A stretch of DNA of 64,000 bases from Myxococcales bacterium (GTDB lineage Bacteria > Desulfobacterota > Binatia > HRBIN30): the NCBI GenBank assembly GCA_037445065.1, contig JBBILD010000008.1, positions 123,131-187,130 of the forward strand, in the 5' to 3' direction. Of this stretch, positions 46,992-56,111 are shown in pieces. Both the position numbers and the translations under genes were made by a program. The notes under the pieces were generated by a model. That model was not told where the DNA came from. It saw only the letters and a list, made by a program, of their open reading frames with translations, and made no database searches. Each line of letters starts with the position of its first letter. Positions within the stretch are counted from its first letter, which is position 1.

Positions 46992-48191
46992 TCACTCGTG
47001 TTCTGCCAGCTCCCACTTAGCGATCTGGTTACGATGCACTTCGTCCGGACCGTCGGCAATACGGAGTGTTCGGGCCCCCGCGAAGGCGTAAGCGAGCCCG
47101 AAGTCATCACACACACCCGCCGCGCCGTGTGCCTGGATTGCCCAGTCGATCACTTGCTGCGCCATGTTCGGCGCGGCCACCTTGATCATCGCGATTTCTT
47201 TGCGGGCAGCTTTGTTGCCGACCGTATCCATCATGTAGGCAGCTTTCAAAACGAGTAGCCGTGCTTGTTCGATCCGGATGCGTGCTTCGGCGATCCGTTC
47301 TAGCGTGACGGTCTGTTCGGCCAGGGGCTTGCCGAAGGCAACCCTCCGTTTCACCCGCTTACACATGGCATCCAGTGCTCGCTCGGCGAGGCCGATCAGC
47401 CGCATGCAATGGTGAATGCGTCCCGGCCCCAGGCGGCCTTGCGCGATTTCGAATCCACGGCCTTCGCCCAACAAAATATTGCTCGTTGGCACGCGCACGT
47501 CTTCGAACACGACTTCCCCGTGCCCATGCGGCGCGTCGTCATACCCGAACACGGGGAGATGGCGGACCACCCGCACCCCTGGGGTATCGCGCGGCACCAG
47601 CACTTGCGATTGCTGTTGGTGTCGGGGTGCGTCAGGATTGGTCTTTCCCATGACAATGATGAGCTTGCAATTCGGGTGGAGAATACCGGACGTCCACCAT
47701 TTCCGGCCATTGATGACGTACTGATCCCCGTCGCGGCGAATGCTGCATTGTATGTTGGTTGCGTCGGAGGAGGCGACCTCGGGCTCGGTCATCGCGAAGG
47801 CAGAGCGAATCTTGCCTTCGAGCAGTGGCTCTAACCACTCTCGCTGTTGCTCCGGGGTGCCGTAACGGTCGAGGATTTCCATGTTGCCGGTATCCGGTGC
47901 CGCGCAATTGAACACTTCTGGCGCAATGTGGGAGCGGCCCATGATCTCGCACAATGGGGCGTACTCGAGGTTCGTGAGGCCCGCGCCGCGCGGGCTGTCG
48001 GGAAGAAACAAGTTCCACAAGCCCGCCTTGCGTGCTTTCTCTTTGAGTTCCTCCATGATCGGCGGTTGCGCCCAACGTTGTGCCTCGAGCTGTTGGTGGT
48101 ACACGGGTTCTGCGGGATATACGTAGTCCTCCATAAATTGTTCGAGCTTCTTCTGCAGCTCGCGCACCTTTGGCGAAAAAGCGAAGTCCAT
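46992..48191 (-). CDS. Acyl-CoA dehydrogenase (ACAD10/11-like)
   Basis: [54 protein letters not shown]. Confidence 0.93.
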   Translation of the reverse strand: MDFAFSPKVRELQKKLEQFMEDYVYPAEPVYHQQLEAQRWAQPPIMEELKEKARKAGLWNLFLPDSPRGAGLTNLEYAPLCEIMGRSHIAPEVFNCAAPDTGNMEILDRYGTPEQQREWLEPLLEGKIRSAFAMTEPEVASSDATNIQCSIRRDGDQYVINGRKWWTSGILHPNCKLIIVMGKTNPDAPRHQQQSQVLVPRDTPGVRVVRHLPVFGYDDAPHGHGEVVFEDVRVPTSNILLGEGRGFEIAQGRLGPGRIHHCMRLIGLAERALDAMCKRVKRRVAFGKPLAEQTVTLERIAEARIRIEQARLLVLKAAYMMDTVGNKAARKEIAMIKVAAPNMAQQVIDWAIQAHGAAGVCDDFGLAYAFAGARTLRIADGPDEVHRNQIAKWELAEHE

Positions 48192-48289
48192 GTCTGCTCT
48201 CCTCCATTTGGTTCCTTGGGGGATCGCGCGAGTTCGGTCAAGCACACCGCCGCTTGCAGGCGGCGGCCGATGAAGGGATAAGGCCACGG

Positions 48290-48655
48290 ATGAAACGCGA
48301 CGCCAAGAAACACGCAGCTCCGCGCGAGCCTCTTCGAACGCACCGGGTTTGGCGGCTGGTGGAGGGACTGGCGGTGGTGTTCAAACCCAAGGGGCACACC
48401 GAGCCCGAGCATTGCCACCCGTACCCGATGCGCTTGCGCGTGTTGCGTGGTTGCCTCGAGATCCGTGCGCAACGCAGCACACGCAAGCTGCGCAGCCCGG
48501 GCCGGCCCTTGGTTCTCGCAGCCGGAGTGCCTCACGCGACGCGCGCAATCGAAGATACGTGGGTATGGGTGGAGGTTGGGGGCGAACCGGGCATCCACAA
48601 CCCCGCCTCACCCGCTACCCAGGGGCCCGAGAAGGGAAAGGCTAGGCGGTCTTAA
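48290..48655 (+). CDS. Small cupin-fold protein
   Basis: HCHP...VLRGCL motif 1 and [13 protein letters not shown] motif 2. Confidence 0.6.
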   Translation: MKRDAKKHAAPREPLRTHRVWRLVEGLAVVFKPKGHTEPEHCHPYPMRLRVLRGCLEIRAQRSTRKLRSPGRPLVLAAGVPHATRAIEDTWVWVEVGGEPGIHNPASPATQGPEKGKARRS

Positions 48656-48873
48656 GCCGCCTCTTCCCCGGTGCCTTTCCCGTATTCCTTGGCGAAATGC
48701 TCGGCGCACAGGCCGCGCCGCAGCAACGGCTTACGGCAGCCCTCAGCATGACACGTTTTGTAGCGCGGTTTGGGTAACTTCCCTCGACGCCATTGCCGGT
48801 AGTGACGTGCACAATACCCTTTTCCTTGCACGGCTCCGCGGCAGCCCTCGATCTTGCAGGTTCCCCTTCCCAT
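48652..48873 (-). CDS. Small basic protein with two C-x4-C-x9-C-x2-H zinc-finger-like repeats
   Basis: CKIEGCRGAVQGKGYCARH and CHAEGCRKPLLRRGLCAEH; GAGGAG RBS; start lies 12 bp downstream of gpsA stop. Confidence 0.8.
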   Translation of the reverse strand: MGRGTCKIEGCRGAVQGKGYCARHYRQWRRGKLPKPRYKTCHAEGCRKPLLRRGLCAEHFAKEYGKGTGEEAA

Positions 48874-48885
48874 AGGCCTCTCCTC

Positions 48886-49893
48886 TTATCCCCAAAACTC
48901 TGGTTTTGATTCACGGCGTAAGAGGTCCGTAAGCACTTGCAGCGCGGGCTTATCCTCGTGCAACAAGGCTCGCACCTGTTCCGTGATCGGCATCTCGACA
49001 CCATTGCGGCGGGCGAGTTCGCTGATGCTCAAGCTGTTGCGGACTCCCTCGGCAATCATGTGCATGCCGCCGAGGATGTCGGATAGGCGTTCGCCGCGGC
49101 CAAGGCGGACCCCCAGGGTGCGGTTGCGGCTCAAGTCCCCTGTGCAGGTGAGAACCAAATCACCCACACCGGACAAGCCAGACACAGTTTGTGCCTCTCC
49201 GCCTAGCCGGGTAACAAGGCGACTGATTTCCGCCACGCCGCGGGTGATCAGTGCCGCGCGGCTGCTGTGCCCGAGGCCGAGGCCGTCGCTCACTCCTGCC
49301 GCAATTGCAATCACGTTCTTGGTCGCTCCGCCGATCTCGACGCCGACCACATCGTGGTGTGTGTACACTCGAAACGTCGGAGCCCGGAATGCGGCCTGCG
49401 TTGCGCGGGCGGCTTCTAGGTCCTGGCCGGCCGCGGTTACCGCTGTGGGCATTCCGAGAGCGACCTCGCGCGCGAAACTCGGCCCTGAAAGCACCACGAC
49501 CCGCTCCTGCGCGTCGCCGCCGAACACCTCCGACAGCACTTGTGACATGCGCAAGAGAGAACCCTCTTCGACGCCCTTCGTTGCACTCACCAGGATGGGT
49601 TTCTGATTCGCCAGCAGGCTCGGTACTGGTGCGATCACGTCGCGAACCACATGCGAGGGGGTGGCGACGACCAGCATCTCGGCTCGGTTCACGGCCAGCG
49701 CCAAGTCGCAGGTCGGGCGAATGGTCTCAGGCAGTGGAATCCCGGGAAGATAACGGGAGTTTTCCCGCCGCGCGGCGATTTCCTCGGCGCGCTCTGCAGA
49801 GTGGCACCACAACGCCACGCTATGGCCGTTCTCCGCAAGTAATTTGGCCAAGGCGGTTCCGAAACTCCCAGCTCCAATCACTGCGACCTGCAT
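48886..49893 (-). CDS. gpsA: NAD(P)H-dependent glycerol-3-phosphate dehydrogenase
   Basis: GAGSFGTALA, SATKG, LSGPSFA, GATKNVIAIAAG, GDLVLTCTGDLSRNR. Confidence 0.95.
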   Translation of the reverse strand: MQVAVIGAGSFGTALAKLLAENGHSVALWCHSAERAEEIAARRENSRYLPGIPLPETIRPTCDLALAVNRAEMLVVATPSHVVRDVIAPVPSLLANQKPILVSATKGVEEGSLLRMSQVLSEVFGGDAQERVVVLSGPSFAREVALGMPTAVTAAGQDLEAARATQAAFRAPTFRVYTHHDVVGVEIGGATKNVIAIAAGVSDGLGLGHSSRAALITRGVAEISRLVTRLGGEAQTVSGLSGVGDLVLTCTGDLSRNRTLGVRLGRGERLSDILGGMHMIAEGVRNSLSISELARRNGVEMPITEQVRALLHEDKPALQVLTDLLRRESKPEFWG

Positions 49894-49955
49894 GGCTTGC
49901 CGCAACTGCCTGGCACACGTTTCCGTGTTTGGCAATCGCAACGACTGGAAGGCGT

Positions 49956-51641
49956 TCAGAAAACCCGCACGACGATGTACGCCGGGCGGCCCAGATTCCC
50001 GGCTCGGTCTCGCCATTGAACGGCCAGGATCGTATCGCCGCGAGGGAATCGCATCTCGTTACCGATCACTGTGTCGGTGCAAACCTGCACTGTGGAATCG
50101 GAACGCACAAAGGCCGGCCGTTCGAGGGCGTCGAGGGTGCAGGGAAAGAGCGTATTGTCACTTAAGCGGCAGCCAAGGTCATTGAGCGCGCGGGCTATCG
50201 CTTCCGAGGTGGGATCGAAGACCAGGCTGGGGAAGCCAGGCACTCCGCCAATGGGTAGGGGAGCAGGTCCTTTGTCGCACACTTCGCTACTGCCATTGCC
50301 AAGGGGCCGGGAGGCGAGGATTTGCACGTCGGGCCACACCGTGGGGTCGCTCGCGTTAAATAGAGTGCGCGTATCCGGTGGACTGTTGCTGGTCCCTGGC
50401 TTGGCTTCGATCACCAAAAAGAAACCAGCGCCGACGGAGCGGATGAAAATTGGGCGTCCGGCCTCGTCCACCCCCGTGGGTTCGATCAAGCGGTTGTCCG
50501 CAGTGGTAAGGCCGAAGTGGGTGATCACCGGCCCTGCAAGTGGCGGGAAGGTCGGTGTTGGGGTGCGCGTTACAGTGGGGGTGCGCGATGCGCTCGGCGT
50601 CAAAGTAATGGTCGGCGTATTGGTGGGTGTGCGGGTTTGGGTGACTGTGCGCGTTACCGTGCGCGTTGCGGTGATCGTCGGAGTTGGAGAACTGCTCGGG
50701 GTGGCGGTGGCTGTGCGAGTTCGGGAAGGAGTGCGCGTGCTGGTGGGCGAAGCGGTAGGCGAGATGGTGCGGGTTTCCGTGGTTGTTGGGGTTGCCGTGC
50801 GAGTGCGGGAAGGGGTGCGGGAACTTGTCGCAGTCAAGGTTGGCGATGGGCTCGCGGTCGGAGAGGGAGTGCGGGTGATGGTGACGGTGCGGGTGGGGGT
50901 GTTGGTTGGGCGCTCGCTCGGTGTGGCAGTGGGCGTGATGGTCGCCGTGCCCGTTCGAGTCGCGCTCGCGGTACGCGAAGGCGATCCCGGCGTGGGGCTG
51001 GATGGAGAAGCACTAGGAGTGGCCGAAGGAGGCGCAGGAGTGGCGCTGGTTGTGGGTGATGGCTGTGCCGTAGCCGTCTCCGATGGCAGCGGGGTCGAAG
51101 TTCCTGTCGGGCGCGGGCTTTCACTTGCGCTGGGGGACGCAGTGGAAGACGGCGTCCGGGTTCCGGTGGGAGTGACCGAGGAAGTCGGAGAGGGAGCAGT
51201 GTGTGTCGGGGTTGCGCTACGCGCGGGTGTGAGCGTCGGCGTGGAACTGGACGTCAGGGTAGGCGTTCCGGTTGCGGCGGCGGGAGTCGAGGGCGTGGGA
51301 CTGGCTGGCGGAGTCGGCGTTCCGCCCGTGGGGGTCGGCGAGGCGGAGGGCTCCCCTGGCGTGGGCGTCGAGCTGCGCAGGAGTTCTTCGATGGTGACGA
51401 CCAGATCCGCGGCACTGAGAACCCCGTCCGCGTTACCGTCGGCCATCGGGCAGGCCATCTCTTGGGAGAACAAGAACGTGGCGATCGCTGCGAGGTCCGC
51501 CTCCTCTACCGCTCCGTTGCAGTCAGCGTCACCGCGCGGGGTGCTCTGCGCCCTTGCGGAGGTGAACAAACCCAGTAACGCAAGCAACAGACCGCAACCG
51601 AACCACCTGCGGAGCCCAGTCCTTCTCGCTCGTGCCGCCAT
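49956..51641 (-). CDS. Secreted protein: dockerin-like pair, long Pro/Thr/Ser linker, Cys-containing C-terminal domain
   Basis: Signal (ARA-Q), GDADCNGAVEEADL / DGNADGVLSAADL, about 280 aa of PT/TRT repeats, globular C-terminus. Confidence 0.8.
   Translation of the reverse strand: MAARARRTGLRRWFGCGLLLALLGLFTSARAQSTPRGDADCNGAVEEADLAAIATFLFSQEMACPMADGNADGVLSAADLVVTIEELLRSSTPTPGEPSASPTPTGGTPTPPASPTPSTPAAATGTPTLTSSSTPTLTPARSATPTHTAPSPTSSVTPTGTRTPSSTASPSASESPRPTGTSTPLPSETATAQPSPTTSATPAPPSATPSASPSSPTPGSPSRTASATRTGTATITPTATPSERPTNTPTRTVTITRTPSPTASPSPTLTATSSRTPSRTRTATPTTTETRTISPTASPTSTRTPSRTRTATATPSSSPTPTITATRTVTRTVTQTRTPTNTPTITLTPSASRTPTVTRTPTPTFPPLAGPVITHFGLTTADNRLIEPTGVDEAGRPIFIRSVGAGFFLVIEAKPGTSNSPPDTRTLFNASDPTVWPDVQILASRPLGNGSSEVCDKGPAPLPIGGVPGFPSLVFDPTSEAIARALNDLGCRLSDNTLFPCTLDALERPAFVRSDSTVQVCTDTVIGNEMRFPRGDTILAVQWRDRAGNLGRPAYIVVRVF
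50550..51370 (-). repeat. Low-complexity Pro/Thr/Ser(Arg) coding repeat
   Basis: Repeated TPT, SPT and TRTPSRTRTAT units within the CDS; boundaries approximate. Confidence 0.8.
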
Positions 51642-51716
51642 CCGTGCTGCCGCTGCATACACGGATTTTGCGCAACGCGCTACCTAGAGAATTTGCTGCG
51701 CGTCTCTCTCCTGGCG

Positions 51717-53138
51717 CTAGTGCCCGCAAAAGCGGAACGAGGTGATCAGATCGCTTCCTTGAAAGGTGTGCAACGCGGGTGCGACGAGCGCAAAGCATCC
51801 TGGACCCTCGGGATTGGTCCAATCAGTGCAGGAAAAATTCTCACCTCTCGAAGTAAAGACAAGATTGCTGCCCTCCTCGTTGTTGGCGTTCTGAATTTCT
51901 CCCCGCACCGTTGCCGTGGTGAAGGCGAACGCCTGGCTGAACCCGCTACCGGCTTCATCCCCACAGGGGAGATCGCGCTCGATCGCCAGTTCCGCCGGAA
52001 AACCAGTGAGTCCAAAAACCGGGGCGATCACTGCGGCTCCCGGGCCGCTGTCTTCGCCTACAGAGGACACGGAGAACGTCCCGTTGCAAACTCCGGGGTG
52101 AACCCCGCCAGGACCGCACGCGCCGTCAGAGGCGCCGGGCTGCGAGTCGCACTCTGCATCGGCTCGGCACGGGTTGCCCACCCTACCCTGCCGGCAGGTC
52201 GGCTGGGGACGGCAGGTGCCCGCTTGCGAGTCGGTGGCGCACTCGGCGTCACTCGCGCACGGTTCTCCCACACGGCCCCTCGTGCAGTACCTGCCCAAAC
52301 CGCAAATCCCATCGCCTGCTTCGCTGGCCGTATCGCAGTCTGCGGCTGCTCGGCACTGTTCGCCGATCAGCCCGGCGGCGCAGATTTGGTCCGGCGCCTC
52401 CACTGTGCCGCAGCCGCCGGCGTTACAAGCGCTCAAGCAGTCGCTTAGCGTAAAGTCGCCGTGCCCGATTTGGCCAAGCCGGTGATTGGCACAGAGAATG
52501 ATGCTGTAATCGAAGCCACCCTGGCACGCGACGACGCCGGCGTTGCGAATGGGCACCAGCGGTTTGAGGCAAAGAACAATCTGGGCGACCCTCCGGGCGT
52601 CGACAAAAAAGTAGTCGGAAGCTTCCGTGATCTCGAGCGGCGCTAGACCTGAGGAGTCCGGTTCGCCGGCGCGCAGAACTAGGTAAGCGGGTTCTTCGAC
52701 CCCGTTTTTTTGCCCGCGAAAGCTGCCCAGGGGGAGGGAAAACCCACCGGACAACACCGCCCGAAACTCACTCCGGTCGCTCAAGGTGAAGCGGCGGTCG
52801 CCGAGCGGCCCAGACGGCCCTGAGGTCGGGGATGGAGACGGTGATGGGGACGGAGAGGCAACTGGGCAGGCGTCGAGGGCGAAATTCACCGCGGCAACAA
52901 TTTCCTCCACCGTCACCGTGCCGCTTCCATCGCGATCCCCAGCGGGGCAGTCGTCCACCTGGCGGCTTTCGAGCGCAATGTTGACCATGAGCACGATCTC
53001 ATCTACCGTGACGTTGCCGTCGCCGTTGCAATCGCCAACGCAGTTCGCCTGTGCCGAACCCGCAAGACAGGTTGCAACGGCGAGTGCGCCGACCCACCAG
53101 GTGCGTAGCATACGACTCTCCCCTCCCTCGTGATTCAT
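51717..53138 (-). CDS. Secreted Cys-rich protein with N-terminal dockerin-like module
   Basis: Signal (AQA-N), CVGDCNGDGNVTVDEIVLMVNIAL...CPAGDRDGSGTVTVEEIVAAVNFALDAC, three C..G..G.PC..D..C repeats. Start may be 53111. Confidence 0.82.
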   Translation of the reverse strand: MNHEGGESRMLRTWWVGALAVATCLAGSAQANCVGDCNGDGNVTVDEIVLMVNIALESRQVDDCPAGDRDGSGTVTVEEIVAAVNFALDACPVASPSPSPSPSPTSGPSGPLGDRRFTLSDRSEFRAVLSGGFSLPLGSFRGQKNGVEEPAYLVLRAGEPDSSGLAPLEITEASDYFFVDARRVAQIVLCLKPLVPIRNAGVVACQGGFDYSIILCANHRLGQIGHGDFTLSDCLSACNAGGCGTVEAPDQICAAGLIGEQCRAAADCDTASEAGDGICGLGRYCTRGRVGEPCASDAECATDSQAGTCRPQPTCRQGRVGNPCRADAECDSQPGASDGACGPGGVHPGVCNGTFSVSSVGEDSGPGAAVIAPVFGLTGFPAELAIERDLPCGDEAGSGFSQAFAFTTATVRGEIQNANNEEGSNLVFTSRGENFSCTDWTNPEGPGCFALVAPALHTFQGSDLITSFRFCGH

Positions 53139-53227
53139 CGGTCTCCCCTACGTGCTCACGCCCGTCAAGGCAACTCCCATCCCGCCGAACGGTCGAAAGC
53201 GCCGCCGCACCGGCGCACACCAGAAGC

Positions 53228-53980
53228 TCACCAATGCATGCGGCTCCGCAACTCGCGTGTTTGGCTGCGACTGAGTTCGACTTCAGAACCCTTTTGGTCC
53301 TTCATCACCAGCTTGTAGCGTCCACCGAACCAGGGCACGATCGCTTTGATTTGCTTCAAGTTGACGAGCCGCGATTTGTGCGCCCGAAAGAACACATTGG
53401 GGTCCAAGTGCTCTTCGAGTTCTTTGAGGGTAAAGTTGGTCATGTACCGGTCGCCGTCCACGTGGGCGAACACGAGGCGGTATTCTACCTCGAACCAGAG
53501 GATGTCCTCGACGGGGAGCACGATGATGTTCCGGCCGCGCTGCACCGGCACTTGCGACAGGTACCGCCGCTCTCGCTGCTCGATCAGCGCCAGCAGTTGC
53601 TCGAGAGAGTGGTTCGAGCTCTTGCTCTCGATGCGGCTGCGCACGCGCCGCAAGCTCTCAGCGAGACGTTCGCGGGAGATAGGCTTGAGCAAGTAATCTA
53701 CCGCTGAAACCTCGAAGGCCTGGATTGCGTATTGATCGTACGCTGTTGCAAAGATGATTTCGGGCCGGTGGTGAATTCGTTGCAGAACCCCAAAGCCATC
53801 GAGTCCCGGCATTTGCACGTCGAGAAACACGACATCCGGCTTCAAAGCGTCGATGCTTTTCACCGCCTCGAGCCCGTTTTTCGCCACCCCGACCACCTCG
53901 ACGTCCGGTTGGTTTTGCAGAAACGACTGAAGCCGCTCGCGAGCGAGTTTCTCGTCATCCACGATCAGCGCACGAATCAT
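53228..53980 (-). CDS. LytTR-family response regulator
   Basis: IVDDE, FLDVQMP, ATAYDQYA, DYLLKP, FFRAHKSRLVN. Confidence 0.95.
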   Translation of the reverse strand: MIRALIVDDEKLARERLQSFLQNQPDVEVVGVAKNGLEAVKSIDALKPDVVFLDVQMPGLDGFGVLQRIHHRPEIIFATAYDQYAIQAFEVSAVDYLLKPISRERLAESLRRVRSRIESKSSNHSLEQLLALIEQRERRYLSQVPVQRGRNIIVLPVEDILWFEVEYRLVFAHVDGDRYMTNFTLKELEEHLDPNVFFRAHKSRLVNLKQIKAIVPWFGGRYKLVMKDQKGSEVELSRSQTRELRSRMHW

Positions 53981-55221
53981 GTCGTGTCCTCGCTTGTTTG
54001 GAATGGGATCTGTACGGTCACACAGGTTCCTCGCTCCGGCTGCGAGTCGAAGGCAAGTGCAGCGCGCTGCCCATAAATCCGCAGCAGTCGGTCGCGCACA
54101 CTGCGCAGACCGATTCCACTGTCGAATACCGCCCCGCTGTCTTGCACGCCGTTTCCGGTATCGGCCACGCGGAGAAGCAAATGGCCGTCCCGTACTTGTG
54201 CGGCAATCTGCAGCGTGCCCCCGCCGATTTTCTGGGAAACCCCATGTTTGACCGCGTTTTCTACCAGCGGTTGCAAGACGAAGGCTGGAATCTGTGCGCT
54301 TCGTGCCTGCTCTTCGACTCGCCACTCCACGCGCAGATCGTCGCCAAAACGAGCGTGCTCGATATCGAGGTAGGCTTCCACCAACCGTAGCTCGTCCGCC
54401 AGGGGTACGAACTCGCGGTCGCTGCGCTGGAGCAAGTAGCGAAAGATCTCCCCCAGTCGCTCGACGCATGTCTCCGCCTTGTCAGGATCGGCATGAATCA
54501 GCTGCGCAATCGAATTCAGGCTGTTGAAGAAGAAGTGCGGGTGAATCTGGGCGCGAAGTGCTGCCAGTTGCGCCGAGGCGGCGAGTTCTTGCAGTTCGCG
54601 TTCGCGCGCTTGCATGAGGAGAATGCGCCACCAGTGCAGGTTGAAGCCGACCACGCAAAGAATCGCCGAAGGGACAATGGGCATGAGGGCGTAAATGATC
54701 GGGGCCCCGCGCATTGCGGCCGCTGGGATGGTGATGGTGCGGTCCGGCCCGTCGTACGGATTGAGAATCGAGTGCCCCCCGAACAGAAAAGAGTTTGCTT
54801 CGACGGTGACAAAAGAGAGAGCGGCGAATGCCGCAACAGAGGCCAGCAACTGTGCAGTCAAGCGCTGCAGGAAGGGGCGTTCGGCAAAGCGTGGCAAAAG
54901 CCAGTTCCACAGCCCGAGCATGAGCGTGGCATACACCACGGTGGCACCCAGGAAGAAGAAAAAGGCACCGGGTGAGCGCCACAGGTAGAGGTGAATGAGA
55001 GCAATGTGCAGCCCAATGGCGAGCCCGGTGCCGTAAACAAAAAGGATCTGCAGACGGCGGGAGCGACTGTCCGCGGGTGGGGGGCGCAAGAGAGTGCCGC
55101 CTTCCGTTTTAGGGAGATGTGGAGGCAGGGTGGCGGTTCGGGCGGAGCTTTTCGGCTGCACGAGGTGCCACCACGACCGCTGGGACACAGGCGAGTTTGA
55201 CATAGCCGAAACGCTCGGCAT
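53977..55221 (-). CDS. LytS/YehU-type membrane histidine kinase
   Basis: About 4 TMs, LRAQIHPHFFFNSLNSI, QPLVENAVKHG, DTGNG, GIGL. Start may be 55203. Confidence 0.92.
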   Translation of the reverse strand: MPSVSAMSNSPVSQRSWWHLVQPKSSARTATLPPHLPKTEGGTLLRPPPADSRSRRLQILFVYGTGLAIGLHIALIHLYLWRSPGAFFFFLGATVVYATLMLGLWNWLLPRFAERPFLQRLTAQLLASVAAFAALSFVTVEANSFLFGGHSILNPYDGPDRTITIPAAAMRGAPIIYALMPIVPSAILCVVGFNLHWWRILLMQARERELQELAASAQLAALRAQIHPHFFFNSLNSIAQLIHADPDKAETCVERLGEIFRYLLQRSDREFVPLADELRLVEAYLDIEHARFGDDLRVEWRVEEQARSAQIPAFVLQPLVENAVKHGVSQKIGGGTLQIAAQVRDGHLLLRVADTGNGVQDSGAVFDSGIGLRSVRDRLLRIYGQRAALAFDSQPERGTCVTVQIPFQTSEDTT

Positions 55222-55233
55222 ACTACTGCGAAC

Positions 55234-55608
55234 ATGAGCGGAAAAAAAGCGTTCCGGTTAGCAGCGCTGCTGGCCGTCGGTTGTTGGTTCGCGGCAGCGA
55301 GCGAAAGCCTGCAGGCTCAGGAAGTCGTCACCGTGCAAGGCGAAGTGGTCGACATGGCCTGTTACATGGCCAAGGGCAGTAAAGGGCCCGGCCACAAGAG
55401 CTGCGCGCAGATGTGCGCAAAAAAGGGAGTACCGTTGGGCCTGCTGACCGACGGCGGGGAGCTGTACCTCTTGCTTGACGACCATGACAACGTTGCCGCT
55501 TATGACGCGGTAAAAAAGCTCGCCGGCGAGCGAGCCCAGGTGAGCGGTAAAAAGTTCGTCAAGCAGGGTGTGGCCAGCATCGTCGTCGGCGAGGCGAAGC
55601 CCCAGTAA
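55234..55608 (+). CDS. Small exported protein with C...HxxCAxxC motif
   Basis: Signal peptide, TVQGEVVDMACY, GHKSCAQMCAKKGVPLGLL. Confidence 0.75.
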   Translation: MSGKKAFRLAALLAVGCWFAAASESLQAQEVVTVQGEVVDMACYMAKGSKGPGHKSCAQMCAKKGVPLGLLTDGGELYLLLDDHDNVAAYDAVKKLAGERAQVSGKKFVKQGVASIVVGEAKPQ

Positions 55609-55626
55609 ACCCTCACCGGAATCGGT

Positions 55627-56097
55627 ATGCCTGGGCAGATCGGACCGGGAGGCTTTTCCCGGGCAGGGTGGGTGTATGTGTGGTCGTTGCTGTCCTGCTT
55701 GGCCGCGACTGCACCGATGGGCTGCGCCGGGGATGGTTCTGACCCCGTTACCCTCAGCAGCGGGACCTTTGCTGAGTTGCAGGCCAGGGTGTTCGATGCG
55801 CGTTGCACCTTGGGCCCCTGCCACTCGGCAGCGACGGCGGCTGGAGGTTTGGTCTTAGAAGGAGCGTCGGCTTACGAGCAGCTCGTCGGTGTGGAGCCGA
55901 TGAACCCCGCGGCTGTTGCTGCGGGGTTGCTGCGTGTAGCTCCGGGAGAACCGGAACGCAGCTTTCTCTGGGTGAAGCTCACGCAACCTGGAGCTGCGCA
56001 AGGAAGTCGCATGCCCTTGGGGGCGGAACCGCTGCCCGCTCACGAACTCGAGGAAATCCGCGCTTGGATTTTGGCTGGAGCCCCGCGCGATCCGTGA
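55627..56097 (+). CDS. Lipoprotein with putative atypical c-type cytochrome domain
   Basis: Lipobox-like PMGC, CTLGPCH (CX4CH), PGEPERSFL, RMP, IRAWILAGA. Confidence 0.7.
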   Translation: MPGQIGPGGFSRAGWVYVWSLLSCLAATAPMGCAGDGSDPVTLSSGTFAELQARVFDARCTLGPCHSAATAAGGLVLEGASAYEQLVGVEPMNPAAVAAGLLRVAPGEPERSFLWVKLTQPGAAQGSRMPLGAEPLPAHELEEIRAWILAGAPRDP

Positions 56098-56111
56098 GGG
56101 CCTGACTCTGC

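Noticed and set aside
50071..51687. 538-aa Val/Gly-rich plus-strand ORF
   Set aside because: Antisense shadow of the Pro/Thr-repeat gene; similar shadows occur at 57904-58149 and 63381-63824.
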